DNA of 64,000 nt from an uncultured Phycisphaerales bacterium (GTDB lineage: Bacteria; Planctomycetota; Phycisphaerae; Tepidisphaerales; Tepidisphaeraceae): positions 2,976,001 through 3,040,000 of the forward strand of contig CAVWLP010000002.1 in the NCBI GenBank assembly GCA_963755915.1, read 5' to 3'. The stretch's first letter is position 1; the number at the start of each line of letters is the position of its first letter. A model generated the notes under the pieces. The model made no database searches. It worked only from the letters and a program-made list of their open reading frames with translations, and was not told the origin of the DNA. The position numbers and the translations under genes are program-made. Positions 32,208-44,057 of the stretch are shown in pieces.

Positions 32208-33587
32208 ATGATGCTCAATCAATCCATCGATATTCTCCCCCATCTCCCCCCAATCCTCCGCGATTTCTCCACCCAAACCGCCAGTTCTCTCAATCTCGAC
32301 CCCCTGGCCCCCATCCTCCCCATGCTCTCCGTTGCCTCCGCCGCCATCGGCAACTCCCGTCCCCTTTCCCCCACCCCCGACCTCCTCATCCGCCCCGTCC
32401 TTTGGTCCGCTCTTCTCTCCCCCAAATCCCCGCGTTACGCCCACCTACTCCGTCTCATCCTCAATCCCCTCGCCCTCCACCACGCCCACATCGCCGCCAC
32501 TTTTGAAAGAGATCTCGCCGACAACCAAGCCCAGCGCCAAGCCTTTAACGAACTTCCCCCCAAACACCGCCTCTCCCGCCCCCACATCGTCGAGCTCCGC
32601 CACCCCATGCTCTACCTATCCGATCCCAATCCCCGCCTCATCGCCCGCAACCTCCACGCAAACCCGCGCGGCCTGCTCCTCTTCCTCGAAAACCTCCATC
32701 CCGCTCTCCCCAACCTCCGCGACGAATTCTTCACCCCCTCCCCCCTCAGTTTCGACCAACCCAAATCCCTCCCCCCAACCCTCTTCATCCGCAACCCCTT
32801 CCTCTCCATCACCGGCCAATTCCCCATCTCCTCGGATCCCCTGATCACCTGCTCACCTGCTCTAAATTTTCTCCTCTATTTCCCCACCCCTCCCGGCCCC
32901 CTCATCCCACTCCCCGCTCTCCCTCTCTCCATCCGCCAATCCTGGCACGACCGCATCCGCACTCTCAGCGACATCCCCATGCCCGGCTTCGGCCACGACC
33001 CCCAGCCCCTTACCCTTGCCCCCGGGTCCAAAAAAATCTACATCTATGCCCACAATCGTCTTCGCCGCCTCGCCGACTCCCAATCCAACCCCATTCTCCG
33101 CGACCACCTCCACAACCTCATTCCCCTCGCCCCGCGCCTCGCCCTCATCTTCCACCTCCTCGACTCCCCCAATCCCGCGCAAGAAACCACCATCCCCACC
33201 CAACAGTTAGAGAATGCCATCACCGTCCTCGAATTCTTCCTCCATCACACCATCCATCTCCACGCCACTCTCCCCCAGCTCGCCCAAAACGACGACCCCG
33301 ACTTCGACCGCCACCTCCGCATCATCCGCTCCCTCGGCGGCGCCATCACCCCGCGCCAACTCGTCCACTCCTCCCGCTTTTTCCGCTCCTCCACCACCAT
33401 CGCCGCCTCCTTCCTCCAAAGTCTAGAAAAAGCCGGCCTCGGCCAAATCACCTGGCCCCACCACAACGGCCACCCCTCCATGCTTTTTAAACTCTTCGAC
33501 CCCGTCAACGGTAACGAAACCCCCCGTAGCACCCCCAAAAACCCCGTTTCACCAAAACCCAACCCCCATTCGCATAAACGAAAGTAG
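32208..33587 (+). CDS. Degenerate DUF3987/YfjI-like protein
   Basis: Layout 'LP..LRDF....A.SL..DP....LPMLSVASAAIGNS', 'NPRGLLLF', 'RLALIFHLL', C-terminal wHTH-like segment; Walker A and B eroded. Confidence 0.6.
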   Translation: MMLNQSIDILPHLPPILRDFSTQTASSLNLDPLAPILPMLSVASAAIGNSRPLSPTPDLLIRPVLWSALLSPKSPRYAHLLRLILNPLALHHAHIAATFERDLADNQAQRQAFNELPPKHRLSRPHIVELRHPMLYLSDPNPRLIARNLHANPRGLLLFLENLHPALPNLRDEFFTPSPLSFDQPKSLPPTLFIRNPFLSITGQFPISSDPLITCSPALNFLLYFPTPPGPLIPLPALPLSIRQSWHDRIRTLSDIPMPGFGHDPQPLTLAPGSKKIYIYAHNRLRRLADSQSNPILRDHLHNLIPLAPRLALIFHLLDSPNPAQETTIPTQQLENAITVLEFFLHHTIHLHATLPQLAQNDDPDFDRHLRIIRSLGGAITPRQLVHSSRFFRSSTTIAASFLQSLEKAGLGQITWPHHNGHPSMLFKLFDPVNGNETPRSTPKNPVSPKPNPHSHKRK

Positions 33588-33657
33588 ATATGTCCGGGAA
33601 CGCCCAACGCGCCGCGGTGGGGCATTTCCACTATTCTAAAAGACAAAAAAAACGCCC

Positions 33658-35983
33658 ATGTCCAACCCCACAGAATCCAACTTCACTCTCCCCCAGGCCC
33701 TCGCCCTCGCCCTCCAGCATCACCAGGCCGGCCGCCTCCGCGACGCCCAATCCATCTACCAAAAAATCCTCGCCGCCGATCCCAACAACCCCGACGCCCT
33801 TCACCTCCTCGGCCTCCTCTTCTCCCAATCCGGCCATCACCCCCAGGCCCTCGAATTGGTCCGCCGCGCCATCCATCTCCATCCCACCACTCCCACCTTC
33901 CACGCCAGCCTCGCGAGCATCCATCACGCCGCCGGCCAATTCAACGAATCCATCTCCTCCTATCGCCGCGCCATCGAGCTCCGCCCCGACTACGTCGAAG
34001 CCCTCTCCAACCTCGGCGGCCTCTATTTCGAACGCCGTCTCTATAACGACGCCGCCGACTGCTGCCGAGCCGTCTTAAAAATCCGTCCCGACTTCGTCAT
34101 CGCCTGGTCCAACCTCGCTCACATCCTCAACGAGCAGAAAAGATTCTCCGAAGCCCTCGATTGCGCCGACAAAGCCCTCTCCCTCCAGCCCGATTTCCCC
34201 GACGCCGCCGCCCGCGGAAATTCCCTCCGCGAGCTCGGCCGAATCGACGAATCCATCACCTGCTTCAACCAGGCTCTCACCCTCCAGCCCAACGCCCCCA
34301 AAATCCTTAACAACCTCTCCATCTCCCTCACCGCCCGAAAACGTTTCGACGAAGCCCTTTCTGCCCTCGATAAGGCCATCGCCCTCCGCCCCAACTGGCC
34401 CACCCCCTGGGTCAACCGCGCCACCACCCTCCGCGACGCCGGCCGCCCGCACGAAGCCGCCCTCGCCGCCCAGCGCGCCATCGACCTCGATCCCAACCTC
34501 CCCGAGGCCCACATCAACCTAACCGGCTCTCTCCTCATCCTCGAACGCATCGACGACGCTCTCTCCCCCGCGCCGCGCCGTCGAACTCAACCCCCGCTCC
34601 CCCGAGGCCCTCGCCACCCTGGCCTGGGCCCTCAAAGACGCCGGCGACATCCCCGCCTCCATCGCCGCCCTCGATCGCGCCCTGGACCTCGACCCCACCA
34701 ACCCCACCCATCGCAGCAACAAAATCTACACCCTCGAATTCGACCCCCGCGCCGATGCGAAGTCCTTGCTCGCCGAACAACGAAAATGGAACGACATCCA
34801 CCGCATTTCCCCCGCAATTTCCCCCTCTCCGAGTTCTCTGGGAGAGGGCAGGGGTGAGGGCGGTGAAAACCGTCGGCTGCGCATTGGTTATCTCTCCCCC
34901 TATTTCCACGGCCACGCCGAATCCTTCTTCGTCCTCCCCCTCCTGGAATCCCACGACCACGAAAATTTCGAAATCCACTGCTACAGCGACTCCATCCGCA
35001 CCGACGAAATTACCGAGCGCCTGAAGCGCACCGCCAACGTATGGCACATCACCACCGCTCTCACCCACAACCAACTCGCCGACAAAATCCGCGCCGATCG
35101 CATCGACATCCTCATCGACCTCGCCATGCACATGTCCCACAACCGCGCCCTTACCCTCATCCAAAAACCCGCCCCCATCCAGATCGCCTGGCTCGCCTAC
35201 CCCGGCGGCATCGGCCTCGACGCCATCGACTACCGCATCACCGACCCATACCTGGATCCCCCGCAACCCAGGAACGCCCACGGCGCCGCCGTGGGTTCTT
35301 CGATTACTCAAGACGAAAATTACCACGAGCAATCGATCCGCCTTCCCCACACCTGGGCCTGCTACAACCCCCTCACCGACATCCCCGCCGCTCCAATGAA
35401 CGACTCGGGCCCCCCCCGTTTCGGCTGCCTAAACAACCCCTGCAAACTCACCGACCCCACCCTCCGCCTCTGGGCCAAACTCCTCAGCGCAATCCCCGAT
35501 TCCACGCTCCTCCTCCAATCCCTCTCCCGAGAGCAGCGCGACAAAATCACCGCCATCTTCGATTCCGCCGCCGTCTCCCCCGCCCGCCTCCACTTCGTCT
35601 CGCGCCTGAACCGCGATCAATATCTCCGCCTCTACGATCAGATCGACATCGCCCTCGACCCTCTCCCCTACAACGGCATCACCACCACCTGCGACGCCCT
35701 CTGGATGGGCGTCCCCGTCATCACCCTCCCCGGCCGCACCGCCGCGGGCAGGGCGGGCCAAAGCATCCTCACCAACATCGGCCTCAATGAACTCATCGCC
35801 TCCGGCGAAGACCAATTCATCCAAATCGCCAAATCCCTTGCCGCCGATCGCCAGCGTCTGAAAGACCTTCGATCCAATTTGCGCGACCGTCTTCGCCAAT
35901 CGCCCCTGATGGATTTCCCCCAATTCGCCCGCGACATGGAATCCGCCCTTCGGCAAATATGGATCGGGGGAATCGCCCAATGA
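33658..35983 (+). CDS. TPR + GT41 (SPINDLY/O-GlcNAc transferase-like) protein; frameshift ~34565
   Basis: Many TPRs; 'LRIGYLSP.F..H', 'IDILIDL', 'KPAPIQ.AWLAYP', 'DIALDP.PYNG.TT.CDALWMGVPVITL.G'. Confidence 0.9.
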
Positions 35984-38900
35984 ATCTCCACCAGCAACTA
36001 ACCGCCGCGATGGCCCACCACCAGGCCGGCCGTTTCGGCGAGGCCGAACGCCTCTATCGCGAGGCCCTCGCAACCTCACCCGATTCCCCCGACGCCCTCC
36101 ACCTCCTCGGCGTCCTCCGCGCCCGAAAGGGCGCGCACTCTGAAGCCATCGATCTGATCCGCAAAGCCATCGCCCTCCAGCCCAACACCTCTGGCTTTCA
36201 CATCAATCTCGCCCGCGCCCGAAAATCCGCCGGCGATTCCAAGGGTGCCGTCGAATCCTTTCGCCGCGCCATCCAGCTCCAGCTCACCCCTCCCGAAAAT
36301 TTTGACGCCCATTATCATCTGGCCGTCTGCCTGATGAACCTGGCACAAATCGACGACGCCCTCCCCGTCGCCCGCCGCGCCGTCGAGCTCAATCCCAACA
36401 GCGGCGCCGCCCACAACACCCTTGCTTCCATCTTAAAAGAAGACGGTCAAATCGAAGCCGCCCTTGCGGAAAAGGACAAAGCCCTCGACCTCGAGCCCAA
36501 CCACCCCGTCTTCCTCAGCAACCGCGCCTACCTCCTCGAATTCGACCCGCGCTCCACGCCCCAATCCCTCCTGGCCAACCAGCGAATACTAAACCAGCGA
36601 TTCACCGAATCCCTGAAGATTCAATTCCGCCCCCACGAAAACGATCGCAACCCCAACCGCCGCCTGCGCATCGCCTACGTTTCCCCCTATTTCCGCCATC
36701 ACGCCGAGTCGTTCTTCGTCCTCCCGTTGCTGGAATCCCACGACCCCGCGCAAGTCGAAATCCACTGCTTTAGCGACTGCAACGAGCCCGATGAGATCAC
36801 CAACCGCCTCCAAAAAGCCGCCCACGTTTGGCACGAAACCGCGAGCCTTTCGCACAACCAACTCGCCGAAAAAATCCGCGCCGACCGCATCGACATCCTC
36901 ATCGACCTAGCCATGTACATGTCCCACAACCGCGCCCCGGCCATCGCCCAAAAACCCGCCCCCATCCAAATCGCCTGGCTCGCCTACCCCGGCGGCTCCG
37001 GCCTCGACGCCATCGACTACCGATTCACCGACCAGTATCTCGATCTACAATCCCGGAACGCCCACGGACTTCGGCGAGCTCAGTCGAGCCGCGCCGCCGT
37101 GGGTCCCTCGATCACCCGAGACGAAAAATACCACGAACAATCCATCCATCTCCCCACCACCTGGATCTGCTACAACCCGATGAGCAACGAGCCCCCCGCA
37201 ACCCCGCGCCCTATCGGCCCCATCCGTTTCGGCTCCGTGAACAACCCCTGCAAGCTCAACGACCCGCTCCTCGATCTCTGGTCTAAAGTCCTCCACGCCG
37301 TCCCCGATTCCCAGATATTTCTCCAGGCCAACTCCGCCGCCCATCGCGCCCGCATCCGCGCCTTCTTCGAATCCCGCGGAATCCCCGCCAACCGAGTCAA
37401 ATTCGCCGTCCGCTGCCCGCGCCCCAAATATCTCCGTGCCTACGACCGCATCGACATCGCCCTCGACCCCCTCCCCTACAACGGCATCACCACCTCCTGC
37501 GACGCCCTCTGGATGGGCGTCCCCGTCATCACCCTCCTCGGCCAAACCGCCGCCGGCCGCGCGGGTTCAAGCATCCTCCAAAACGTCGGCCTCCCCGACC
37601 TCATCGCCAAAACTCCCGACGAATTCGTGAAGATCGCCGCGAATCTCGCCGCCGACGCCCCCCGACTCGCCGACCTGCGCCAATTCCTCCGCGCCCGCAT
37701 CGAATCATCCCCCATGATGAACGCAAAAAAATTCGCCCGCGACATCGAAGCCGCCTATCGAAACGTCTGGTCCGTCTGGTGCAACCCGCGTCCCGCCGAT
37801 CCCGATCCCGATCAATTGCACGCCCTGACCGTCAAATTTGTCAATGAAAACCGCTACGCCGACGCCCTCACCACCCTCGACCAACTCCTCGAACTCCGCC
37901 CAAATTGGCCCCATGGCTGGGCCAACCGCGCCTGGCTCTTTCGCCACCTCGCCCGCGCCGAGGACGGCCTCGCCGACGCCCGCCGCGCCCTCGCCCTCGA
38001 CGCAAATTGCTCCGATGCGCATCACATTCTCGCCCTCTGCCTCTACGACCTCGGCCGCATCGACGAAGCCCTCCCCTCCGCCCAAACCGCGGTCAAGCTC
38101 AACCCGCGCGACGCCTCCTACCGAAACACCCTAGGACTCATCCTCAAAGAGGATGGCCAGATCCAACCCGCCGTCGAAGAGTTCAAGCAAGCCGTCGAGC
38201 TCGATCCCCACAACCACATCATCCACAGCGGAATGGTTTACTCCTTGGAATTCGATCCGCGAAGCACGGCCCAATCCCTCCTCGCCGAGCAGCGCCGTTG
38301 GAATCAGTTCCACGCGGTCCCCCTGAAGCACCTCATCCGCCCCCACGAAGATAATCGCGATCCCGATCGCCCCCTCCGCATCGCTTACGTCTCCCCCTAT
38401 TTCTGGGAGCACGCCGAGTCGTTTTTCGTCGTCCCCCTCCTCGAATCCCACAACCCCGCCCAGGTGGAAATCCACTGCTATAGCGACAGCAACCGCCCCG
38501 ACGCCGTCACCCAGCGCCTGAAAAAAGCCGCCCACGTCTGGCACGACGTCGCCGGTCTTTCGCACGAGCGTCTCGCCGAAAAATCCGCGCCGACCGCATC
38601 GACATCGCCATCGACCTCGCCATGCACATGGCCAACAATCGCCCCCTGACCTTCGCCCAAAAACCTGCCCCCGTCCAGATCGCCTGGCTCGCCTATCCGG
38701 GCGGCTCCGGCCTCGACGCCATCGACTACCGCATCACCGATCCCTTCCTCGATCCGCCGGAATTAGGTGATTCGGATTACCACGAAAAATCCATCCGCCT
38801 CCCCAGCACCTGGATCTGCTACGACCCCCTAAGCAGCGAACACTCCGCCGCCCCGCGCCCACCGGGCCCGATCCGTTTCGGTTCCCTCAACAATCCCTGC

Positions 38901-39438
38901 AAGCTCAACGAGCCGCTGCTAAAGCTCTGGTCCCAGGTCCTGCGCCGTCCCCGATTCCCAAATCCTCATCCAGGCCATCTCCAACGCCCACCGCGCCCGC
39001 ATCCTCTCCACTTTCGATTCTCACGGCATCTCCGCCAACCGCGTCCAATTCGCCCCGCGCTGCGCCCGAAACCAATATCTCCGCGCCTACGACCGCATCG
39101 ACATCGCCCTCGACCCCCTCCCCTACAACGGCATCACCACCTCCTGCGACGCCCTCTGGATGGGCGTCCCCGTCATCACCCTCCTCGGCCGCACCGCCGC
39201 CGGCCGCGCGGGTTCAAGCATCCTCCAAAACGTCGGCCTCCCCGACCTCATCGCCAAATCCCCCGAAAATCTCATCCAAATCGCCTCCACCCTCGCCGCC
39301 GACACCGCCCGCCTCACAGATCTCCGCTCAACCCTCCGCGCAAAATTCCAATCCTCCCCCCTCATGAACTTCCCAAAATTCGCTCGCGACATGGAAGCGG
39401 CTTACCACCAGGCCTGGAAAACCTGGTGCGCACGATGA
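35980..39438 (+). CDS. Tandem (TPR-GT41)x2 O-GlcNAc transferase-like protein; frameshifts ~38580 and ~38945
   Basis: ATG overlaps the previous stop (ATGA); two full GT41 motif sets separated by TPRs. Confidence 0.85.
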
Positions 39439-39485
39439 CTATTTCGAATTTCGGGTTTCGAATTTGATTCGAATTTCGAGTTTCG

Positions 39486-41967
39486 TCATTCGAATTTCCT
39501 CCTGGCCTTCCCCTTTGCCTCCGGCTTCGCCCGAAGCGGATCATCCGGCCAGGAATGTTTCGGATACCTCACCCTCAGGTCCTTCCGCACCTGAAAATAC
39601 GTCGTTTTCCAGAAGCTCCCCAGATCATCCGTGATCTGCACCGGCCGAAAATTGGGTCCAAGCAAATGCAAAACCACCGCTACTCTCCCCGCCGCGATTC
39701 TCGGCGTATCCTGCCAGGAGAAAACCTCCTGCAAACGCACCGCCAATATCGGCGCCTGCTCCCCGCGATACTGCAGCCGAATCGCGGCTCCCGCTCGGAA
39801 CCTCCAGCGCCTCCGGTGCTTCGCGGCGAAGAACCTGATCCAGCGGATATTGAAGCCGCGCCTCCAGCGCCGCCCCAGCCCGGATCGGCGAACCTCCTCC
39901 ACGCTCCGCCTTCCCGCGCAAAGTTCGCTCAGAATCTCCCCAAGCTGCACCTCGTCGAACGTCGGCCAGGCATGCTCCGGCATCGCCCGCCGAAGCAGCG
40001 CCACGCGACTCAAAAAATTCCCCGCCTCTTCATCCGTGCCAAAAAATTCCCCCGCCCGCGCCCAAGCGCCTCAGCCAGCTTTTTCCCCGCTTTGGCCGGA
40101 TCTACCGCCGCATCCATTTCTTCGGACAGAACCAGGTCGCGATACCGCACGATCCGCCGCCCGACCACCGCCTCGCGCTGAGGATCAAACTCCGCAACCT
40201 GCTCCCGAACGATCGACTGCGGGAACATTTCCACCAGCCACCCCGACTCGATCGCACTCGCGATCCTAACCGCCGCCTCCCGGCTCGACATCCGCGGATC
40301 GCTCCGCGCATCCAGCGCAGAAAAAATTCCCCCTGCCGCACCACCGATTCCCGATCCAGCCTCACACCCCCTCCGCCCACCATCACCGCCGCCGCTGGGT
40401 CCCGCTGTCTCCGCCGGCAAACCCGATCCGGATAGCCGAAAAGCGGCAGCTTCAAAAGCGTCTCCCGATCCGGCGATCTTCGCGCCGATCCCCCCAATCT
40501 CCGCCCAATTCGCAGCAACTCCGCGCTTACCCGCCGTACATCGGGGTCCTGCGAACCATCCATCATCACCAACAAATCGCTATCCCCGATCGTCGCCGGC
40601 GCACCCTTCTTCGCCTGCCTCACCTCCTCCGAAAGTATCGCCGCCAGAATCGCCCCCTCCTCCACGCACCCTCGATCCGCAGCCTCGCACAGCATCCTTC
40701 CGATCCGCGGATGCACCGGCAATTTCATCAGCCGCCCGCCCAATTCCGTCACGCCTCGCGAATCAACCGCCCCCAGCATCTCCAGCAAATTCCTCGCATG
40801 TTCCAGCGCCTCCGGCGGGGGGGCTTCAAACCACCCGAACTCCCCCGGATCGGATTTCCCCCAGGCATGCAGATCCAGAACCGCCCCGCACAGATCGACG
40901 CGCTGGATCTCGGGCAATTCAAAATCCTCCAGCCCCGCCTGCTCTTTCGCCGACCACAGCCGCAAACATTTTCCCGGCGCGGTCCGGCCCGCGCGCCCGC
41001 TCGCTGCGTGGCCGAAGCCTTGCTGAGCCGCTTCAACTCCAGCCGATCCAATCCCCGCCGCACGTCAAACATCGGTACCCGCGCCAATCCCGCGTCGATC
41101 ACCCAGCGCACCCCTTCAATGGTCAGCGAAGTCTCCGCGATGTTCGTCGCCAGAATGATCTTCCGCCGGCTCGATGGCTCAAGCGCCGCCATCTGCTCCT
41201 CAGCCGGCAAACTCCCATACAGCGGCAGCACCGCCAAATCGTGCCGCTGCCCAATACCAGCCAGCTCGCGCTGCGCCCCCGAATCTCCTGCGCCCCCGGC
41301 AGAAAAACCAGCACATCCCCCGCGCTTTCCTTCCGGCCCACAACCTCTTCCACCGCATCCCTCACGCGCTCCACAGCCGAAACTCCGCCACCCGCCCGAT
41401 ACTCTATCTCCACCCCAAACGTCCTCCCCGGCACATCGATAATCGGGCAATCCCCCAGAAACTTCGCCGCCGGCCCCGCGTCCATCGTCGCCGACATCAC
41501 CACGATCAGCAGGTCCGGGCGCACCGTCTGTCGCATCTCCCGCAGCATGGCGATCGCCAGATCCACATGCAGCGACCGCTCATGAAACTCGTCCAGAATC
41601 ACCGCACCCACGCCCTCGAGAAACGGATCGTCCAACATCTGCCGGGTGAGCACCCCCTCCGTCAAAACCCGCAGCCGGGTCTGAGGAGTGATTCGCCTTT
41701 CAAAGCGTATCTGATACCCCACTTCCCGCCCCAGGTTCCAGCCGTTTTCCTGCGCGATTCGCGCCGCCGCCGCCCGCGCCGCAACCCGCCGCGGCTGAAG
41801 CATCACGATATTCGGATGCTCGCGGGAAAGAATCCCGTCCCGCAAAATCCCCGGCGGCACCCGCGTCGTCTTCCCCGCCCCCGGCTCAGCCACCACCACC
41901 ACCGATTTCGCTCCCGCAGCGCATCGACAATCTCCCCCAGATACCCATCAATCGGCAGCGGAATCAT
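39486..41967 (-). CDS. hrpB: ATP-dependent helicase HrpB (several frameshifts)
   Basis: 'AEPGAGKTTRVP', 'QPRRVAAR', 'DEFHERS', 'MSAT', 'ATNIAETSLTI', C-terminal 'RLQE.F', 'Y..VRKDLR.RYPKHSWP.DP'. Confidence 0.92.
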
Positions 41968-42021
41968 CTTCGCATCTTGACCGAAACGCGGCCCGATTTC
42001 ACCGCCCGCTGCGCTAGCAGC

Positions 42022-43140
42022 CTATTTCAGTTTTTCCGGATTCAGTCCCAGCAGTTCCTTTACGACAAACCGCCCATCCCGCCGGATCACTTTGCCGTCG
42101 AACCACACTTCCCCTCCGCCCGCTTCCGGCGTTTGCCGCATCACCAGGTCCCAGTGGATCTTGCTCTTGTTCCCGTTGCTCGCATCGTCGTAACAGGCGC
42201 CGGGCGTGAAGTGAATGCTGCCGGCGATTTTCTCGTCAAAGAGAATGTCCTTCATCGGCTTCGTCACGTAGGGGTTGAACCCAATCGCGAACTCGCCGAC
42301 GTACCGCGCGCCGGGATCGGTGTCGAAAATTTCGTTCAGTTTCTCGGTCGCCGAGCTGGTAGCTTCAACGATTTTTCCGTTGCGGAAAACCAGCCGCACG
42401 TCGTTGAACGTCGTGCCGCGGTAGACGGTCGGGCAGTTGTAATGGATGACGCCGTTCACGCTCGTTTTCACCGGGGCGGTAAAAACCTCGCCATCGGGGA
42501 TGTTGACCTTGCCGTCACACGGAATCGCGGGAATGCCCTTGATGCTGAAGCTAAGGTCCGTATCCCCCGGTCCCTTGAGCCGCACCGCGTCCGTCTTCTC
42601 CATCAGCTTTTTCAACGGCTGCATGGCCCGGCTCATCTTCGCATAATCCAGCGTGCAGACGTTGAAATAAAAATCCTCGAACGCCTCCGTGCTCATCTCC
42701 GCCATCTGCGCCATCGAAGGCGTCGGCCAGCGCAAAACGCACCAGCGGGTCTTCGCGATCCGCACCTCGCGATGAACCTTTTCCCACACCGTCGATTCAT
42801 AAAGCTTTTGCTTGTCCGCATGGACATCCGAAAGCTCGGAAACGTTCTGGCTGCCCCGCGCGCCGATGTAGCACTGCACCCCTTCCATCTGCAATCGCTC
42901 GACGCGGGAGATCAGGTCCCACTGCTCCTTCTGGCCCACAAGCTGGAGAGCGCGCGTGATCGGATTGCTCTTGAGCAGAACCAGCGGATGGCCGCCGGCT
43001 TTGGCCGCGTGATTGATCAGAGCGATGGTGAATTCCTCCGGCACGTCGATCGCTTCAATCAGAATCTTTTCCCCTTTTTTCACCGCGCAGGAGTAGTTGA
43101 TGAGCATATTCGCGAAGTGGTCAATGCGTGGGTCTAGCAT
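42022..43140 (-). CDS. M29-family aminopeptidase (AmpS/PepS-like)
   Basis: 'MLDPRI', 'NIPDGEVFTAP', 'GEFAIG', 'LFDEKIAGSIH', 'IHWDLV'. Confidence 0.92.
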   Translation of the reverse strand: MLDPRIDHFANMLINYSCAVKKGEKILIEAIDVPEEFTIALINHAAKAGGHPLVLLKSNPITRALQLVGQKEQWDLISRVERLQMEGVQCYIGARGSQNVSELSDVHADKQKLYESTVWEKVHREVRIAKTRWCVLRWPTPSMAQMAEMSTEAFEDFYFNVCTLDYAKMSRAMQPLKKLMEKTDAVRLKGPGDTDLSFSIKGIPAIPCDGKVNIPDGEVFTAPVKTSVNGVIHYNCPTVYRGTTFNDVRLVFRNGKIVEATSSATEKLNEIFDTDPGARYVGEFAIGFNPYVTKPMKDILFDEKIAGSIHFTPGACYDDASNGNKSKIHWDLVMRQTPEAGGGEVWFDGKVIRRDGRFVVKELLGLNPEKLK

Positions 43141-43204
43141 GGCGGTTATATACTGGAGGGGAGAGGAAGTTGCGAGTGCCGCACGTGAACGTGTGAGCGG
43201 CAGA

Positions 43205-43405
43205 TCAGCGCTGTACAGCGCCTTTGACGAGCTCTTTGGCAAGCTCATCCCCGAGCGAGCTTAGATCGAACTGGATCAGCCCTTTTCGCACCAGGGAAAG
43301 GAGGACAGGCTCCGGCGTCCGGATCGAATTGCGTCTTCGATCCGCCAGTTCAAGGAGGAACTTGCGCTCTTCGTCGGTGATGTTGATCCCGGTCGCGATT
43401 CGCAT
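43205..43405 (-). CDS. Small hypothetical protein (66 aa, possible wHTH-like)
   Basis: ATG preceded by GAGG; 'L..L..KGLI....LS.LG.E' pattern. Confidence 0.45.
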   Translation of the reverse strand: MRIATGINITDEERKFLLELADRRRNSIRTPEPVLLSLVRKGLIQFDLSSLGDELAKELVKGAVQR

Positions 43406-43465
43406 GGCCTCATAATAAATCGGTCCGATTTGTGCTGTGCTTTATTTCCAAAAACCGCCCCCCGC

Positions 43466-43494
43466 TTGAAGGGCGGCGGGTGTCGCGATACCAT
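43466..43494 (+). promoter_or_regulatory. Original host tRNA-Val promoter (TTGAAG-N17-TACCAT)
   Basis: -35 at 43466-71, -10 at 43489-94, 11 nt before the tRNA 5' fragment. Confidence 0.75.
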
Positions 43495-43504
43495 CAAAAA
43501 GCCT

Positions 43505-43527
43505 CGGGCGATTAGCTCAGTTGGCCA
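43505..43527 (+). repeat. attL: 23-bp direct repeat (5' 22 nt of tRNA-Val plus one preceding base)
   Basis: CGGGCGATTAGCTCAGTTGGCCA, identical to 55040-55062. Confidence 0.95.
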
Positions 43528-43714
43528 ACACACGGCAAATGTAAGCGGGGGCGACTCCAAGCAGTTACAATCCACTGATGTTGCGAGCGCAGCATATTTG
43601 ACAGCAGTTGGTCCGGATCAGGGACTCGCAATCGTCTGCGAACGCTGGACAGCCCTACCGGCGATCTTGCGAAAAGTAATCGTGGCAATGGTCGAGGCAG
43701 CCGTGGAAAAGTAA
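43505..43714 (+). other. Displaced 3' end of the integrase gene (in frame with the att core)
   Basis: Reads RAISSVGQ (same as integrase aa 458-465), then HTANV...DQGLAIVCERWTALPAILRKVIVAMVEAAVEK*. Confidence 0.85.
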
Positions 43715-43736
43715 CAGCACATTGCAGTCCTATCGG

Positions 43737-44057
43737 TCAGGGAGATAGTTTAGCCGTGCTCTTTCCGGCGAGCTCGACACCGGCCTTCGAAAGGATTTCT
43801 GCTACTTCACGGGCGTTCTTCAAAATGACTCTGTTCTCATCAGTATCGGTAAGCCCAAAATTCTCAGGCTTCGCCCCCACAGCAACTAAACAGTGCTTTA
43901 ATAGCACCTGTTCCTGATGTCCTACACCGAAGATAGCCAATTCGTTGCTCTTTTGCGAAAACTGGATTTGACCGCCGTAATAGTTCAATACCTCGATCGC
44001 AGTATTCACCGAGATTTTGCCACCACGCAACTTGCTCTTCCCGCCCCAGCCTGACAA
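43737..44057 (-). CDS. Hypothetical cargo protein (106 aa)
   Basis: TTG start preceded by GAGGA; lower GC; no recognisable motif. Confidence 0.55.
   Translation of the reverse strand: MSGWGGKSKLRGGKISVNTAIEVLNYYGGQIQFSQKSNELAIFGVGHQEQVLLKHCLVAVGAKPENFGLTDTDENRVILKNAREVAEILSKAGVELAGKSTAKLSP

Noticed and set aside
33658-39438. Diversity-generating retroelement template/variable repeats
   Set aside because: No reverse transcriptase is in the window and the differences are not adenine-specific; these are ordinary paralogous domains.
43505-43580. Second intact tRNA
   Set aside because: Only the first 22 nt match; there is no anticodon arm or T arm.
43430-43714. Stand-alone 94-aa gene
   Set aside because: The TTG start lies in host DNA upstream of the tRNA promoter. 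The part after attL is better explained as the displaced integrase tail.
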